A DNA stretch of 64,000 bases from Candidatus Bathyarchaeota archaeon (GTDB lineage: Archaea > Thermoproteota > Bathyarchaeia > Bathyarchaeales > Bathycorpusculaceae). Below are positions 60,920 to 64,000 of the stretch, in pieces. Where the stretch lies: the NCBI GenBank assembly GCA_963702095.1, contig OY969706.1, positions 1,344,001 through 1,408,000 of the forward strand, read 5' to 3'. The position numbers and the translations under genes were made by a program. How positions within the stretch are numbered: the first letter of the stretch is position 1; every line of letters begins with the position of its first letter. The notes beneath the pieces were generated by a model. That model was not told the DNA's origin, ran no database searches, and saw only the letters and a list, made by a program, of their open reading frames with translations.

Positions 60920-61624
60920 ATGGCGACCAAACCCGCAGCACGTAGCGAATACAGAGAAGTCACCTACACCCCTGCACGGTGGGCACGCTTAAAGCAGTTA
61001 AGGGAGAACGCCTTGCCAGTCATGACGGCGCTGGAAGCGTTTCACCTCACATCAACCGTACATGGCAGCCTTGCCCGGGGCGACGTAAAAGAAGGCAGCG
61101 ACATTGACATCTTCATCGCTGAAGTACAGAACAGTTTTCTTGTGGAAACCGCCCTGCAGAAAGCGCAGGTACCCATTGATGCTCGGCGGATTGTTCAGGC
61201 AACGCCTAACTATGCCATGAAAGCCCACATCGAAATCGACGAGGCAATAACGGTAACATTTCCTTTGATGGAGATGCGCAGAGTTGAGCGGGAGTTTTAC
61301 CGTTTCGGCGGCGAAGCAGATTTGGCGCAACTAAAAGCGGATGTACGAGTTGTTGGGGTAGATAAGCGGTTGATGCTAATCGAACCCAGTGAAAAGGGAC
61401 ATGTTGAAAGCAGTATCGTCGGCAAAGAAGAAGCCACTTCAAAACTGCTGGGTATTTCAGCGGAGACAGTGCTCGATAGGGTTCATGCTCTGCTGAAGCG
61501 TGATGCCGTTGGGCGAACAGGGGTGTTTGTTAATAAGGAGTTGACGCCTGAGGAAACATTTGAGTTTGTGTTAAAAAAGGTGTCTGAGGCAAACCCTGCG
61601 GTTCGCCGCCGAATTAAAGGATAA
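60920..61624 (+). CDS. Nucleotidyltransferase domain protein (COG2413-like)
   Basis: HGSLARGDVKEGSDIDIF, IVQATP, EREFYRFGG, GVDKRL, GRTGVF. Confidence 0.88.
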   Translation: MATKPAARSEYREVTYTPARWARLKQLRENALPVMTALEAFHLTSTVHGSLARGDVKEGSDIDIFIAEVQNSFLVETALQKAQVPIDARRIVQATPNYAMKAHIEIDEAITVTFPLMEMRRVEREFYRFGGEADLAQLKADVRVVGVDKRLMLIEPSEKGHVESSIVGKEEATSKLLGISAETVLDRVHALLKRDAVGRTGVFVNKELTPEETFEFVLKKVSEANPAVRRRIKG

Positions 61625-61630
61625 AAAAAT

Positions 61631-62200
61631 TTAAGATGGATAGTAGATGAGTTCTTTCTCTTCGAGTAAATGCTGGATTTTGTCGACTGCCTCGTACACT
61701 TGCTCTTCCTTCTTTGCACCGACACATACGAGTTTGCCTGCGCTAAAGATGAGGAAGACGACTTTGGGTTCAGCCATTCGGAACACTGCGCCTGGAAACT
61801 GTTCTGGCTCATACATGACTCTTTCAAGCTTGTAGACGAGGCTTTCAAGGTCAATTTCGCCGCCGAGTTCAGCTGAGGCTACGATGTTTTGGATGTTAAC
61901 GATGGGTTTCTCTGTGATTTGGATGCCTTCACCGCGGAGTTCTTTAACGACCTTTTCGACGGCACTGCGGGATTCCTTTTCAGATTTTGCGCCTGTACAG
62001 ACCATTTTACCTGTTCCGAAAATCAATGTGGCGGTTTTAGGTTTTTTTAAGCGGAAGACCAAGCCCGGAAAAACTGAGGGGTTGTATTCGGTTTGCGGGA
62101 ATTTCTCAACGATCTTCTGCAAGTCGATTTTTTGGTTAAGTGAAACTGAAGCGACAATGTTTTGTATGTTTATGATGGGTTTTCGTTTACTCATGTCCAC
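61631..62200 (-). CDS. tbp: TATA-box-binding protein
   Basis: Two repeats NIQNIVAS...YNPSVFPGL / YEPEQFPGA...GK..C.GAK. Confidence 0.97.
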   Translation of the reverse strand: MDMSKRKPIINIQNIVASVSLNQKIDLQKIVEKFPQTEYNPSVFPGLVFRLKKPKTATLIFGTGKMVCTGAKSEKESRSAVEKVVKELRGEGIQITEKPIVNIQNIVASAELGGEIDLESLVYKLERVMYEPEQFPGAVFRMAEPKVVFLIFSAGKLVCVGAKKEEQVYEAVDKIQHLLEEKELIYYPS

Positions 62201-62301
62201 TCACGTGCTTCCCTATTTAAATACGATAGGCAGTATATAAAGCTCATTTATAAAGGAACAGCATTGATTGCCTTTTAAACAACACTTTTCAAGCGCAAGT
62301 A

Positions 62302-62586
62302 TCAGTGGTATGGATGAACATGTTTTATGCCATAATAGACCGCGACAACAAACAGCAAAACAAAAACTGCTTCAACAACCAAGACGATAACCAACATGTT
62401 CCTGCTATTCTCCTGCACGTTTTGCGGGGTAAAGCTGCTGACGTTGCCGTTTGTTTGCATACCCGTCGGGTTCTGGACAACAATCAGGTCGTTGATACCA
62501 CTGCCAAAAACAAAATACACTATTGGCACAACAATAATAACAACCAAAAAAACGCCTGCCAAAGCAAAAATACCTTTATTATGCAA
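62302..62586 (-). CDS. Small 2-TM membrane protein
   Basis: Two hydrophobic helices, C-terminal HVHPYH. Confidence 0.65.
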   Translation of the reverse strand: MHNKGIFALAGVFLVVIIVVPIVYFVFGSGINDLIVVQNPTGMQTNGNVSSFTPQNVQENSRNMLVIVLVVEAVFVLLFVVAVYYGIKHVHPYH

Positions 62587-62643
62587 TAAAAACCCTCTAC
62601 AATATACTTCTACTTCGAAAGTAATAAGCGTTAAAATTTTGGT

Positions 62644-62720
62644 TGGTGGGCCGTACCGGATTTGAACCGGTGATCTTCGCCGCGTGAGGGCGACGTCCTA
62701 GCCAGCTAGACTAACGGCCC
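62644..62720 (-). tRNA. tRNA-Val (CAC), CCA encoded
   Basis: GGGCCGT acceptor, anticodon arm TCGCC-CTCACGC-GGCGA, GGTTCAAATCC, ends ACCA. Confidence 0.95.
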
Positions 62721-63029
62721 AATGCTGTAGATTGTGAATACATAGTATGCTTTCATAAAACCTTTCCCTATCTAACACATAAATCAGAAGGCAAGTTGAG
62801 CTTAAAATGCCCCGATACGATGAATTTGAAGAGCATAAACACGATGGATTGTTGATTTTTATCTGTTTTTTTGGCAGTGCCCTAGCAGGATACATTTTGA
62901 TGAATCATCATGTGTTACTGGGAATATAGGCTTGTCCTAGTTAAAACTCGCTTTTTTAAGAGACTAAAAAATTTTGTCTAAAAGATTGCAAAAAAAGAAA
63001 GAGAAGAGTTTTTAGCTCTTTTTGTTTGC

Positions 63030-64000
63030 TTAGTGTTTTCTCATCAACATGACGACAGCGACTGCTATCGCTATGATGATGGCTATAGTTGAAGCTGCGA
63101 AGTAGAGTTCTACTGGTGCTTGTACAACTTCGGTTGTTGTCGGTGTTGGTGTTGCTGCTGCTTCTGATACGCCGAAGGCTGTCTGTGCTAGTGAACTGTA
63201 GTATGAGTCTGAGCCGCAGAATGATGCCATTATTGTGTACTTACCTGCGATGTCAGGTTGCCACATGTAACTGTAGGTGCCTGTTAATGGGTCAGTGGTT
63301 GCTTCGCCTATGTGTCTGTAGTTACCGTTAGCGTCAACGACGTCTAAGCTAACTACTACACCTTTCGCGTCAGTTGGGTATGGCTGTTGCTGGTAGAGGT
63401 AATCCATCCATGCGCTCATGCTTTCGTCTGCAACTGCTGCGGTTCCAGCGGTTGAGATGCCGAGACATGTTTTGCCGGGGGATTGGTCTGTGACTGTGCC
63501 GGTGATCATTATGCTTTGTCCGAGTGTTGACACGGTTTGAGGTGCTGAAACTGTTACGCCTGAGCGGCCTTTGCCGTATGCGTAGATTTGGTTGTCGTAT
63601 GAGTTGCATCCGACCATAACGCCGTCAGCGATCGCTAGTGGGTTGCCGCAGAAGAAGCCTGTGGACTTGTATACAAGCGTGCCGTCTGTTAGGTTTACCG
63701 CATATATCTCTGAGCCCTTGAACATTGGTGGGTTGTATGTGTGACCGCCTTCAACATAAACTACGCCGTCAGCAACTGATGCTTCATAGTTGTTGATAAT
63801 CCATAAAGGCCAATTGCCATAAACGGTTTCGGTTCCGCTGCTTCCAGTGCTGAATTGCCATAGCTTCTCGCCAGTCTTCATGTCATAGCAGTAGACACTG
63901 CCGCCTAAAGACCAAGCGATAAGTTTGCCGTCAGCAACGGTTGCGCTTCTCTGGTTGTAATAGCCGTAAGAGTCGTTGTATGAATCTGTTGGTCCCCATG
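63030..64000 (-). CDS. PQQ-like beta-propeller cell-surface protein, C-terminal part (runs off window edge)
   Basis: VADGK/VADGVVY/IADGVM, TGEKLW repeats, YDNQIYAYGKG, C-terminal TM with basic tail. Confidence 0.85.
   Translation of the reverse strand, partial: WGPTDSYNDSYGYYNQRSATVADGKLIAWSLGGSVYCYDMKTGEKLWQFSTGSSGTETVYGNWPLWIINNYEASVADGVVYVEGGHTYNPPMFKGSEIYAVNLTDGTLVYKSTGFFCGNPLAIADGVMVGCNSYDNQIYAYGKGRSGVTVSAPQTVSTLGQSIMITGTVTDQSPGKTCLGISTAGTAAVADESMSAWMDYLYQQQPYPTDAKGVVVSLDVVDANGNYRHIGEATTDPLTGTYSYMWQPDIAGKYTIMASFCGSDSYYSSLAQTAFGVSEAAATPTPTTTEVVQAPVELYFAASTIAIIIAIAVAVVMLMRKH

Overview
Archaeal chromosomal segment, most likely Bathyarchaeia (inferred from TBP, TFS, aIF-2beta, L38e, Tsr3, Hjc, archaeal RNase P RNA and the secreted Ig-like and PQQ-propeller proteins). 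It is mostly housekeeping, transport and salvage genes, with three tRNAs (Val-GAC, Ser-TGA, Val-CAC) and the RNase P RNA. I saw no CRISPR array, rRNA, integrase or transposase. The least explained signal is non-coding. The long intergenic regions at 30.7-39.6 kb share a modular repeat architecture: five copies of a GTATACAAAAGCATC box (two identical over 28 bp, two forming inverted ends of a 767-bp segment), a shared BRE/TATA promoter, and a ~50-bp AT-rich motif in three copies, at conserved spacing in two regions. A second dispersed repeat family links intergenic DNA at 14, 25, 31, 36-39 and 58 kb. Other notable items are a DUF2400-like/T7-endonuclease-I-like fusion with altered catalytic motifs, a DUF2326 (ABC-3C/Lamassu-like) remnant, a duplicated RNase P RNA 5' end flanking a GNAT gene, a NikR-like operator on a FecCD-type ABC transporter, and five single-base frameshifts that are probably sequencing errors. 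All family assignments are motif recognition by eye, not database searches.
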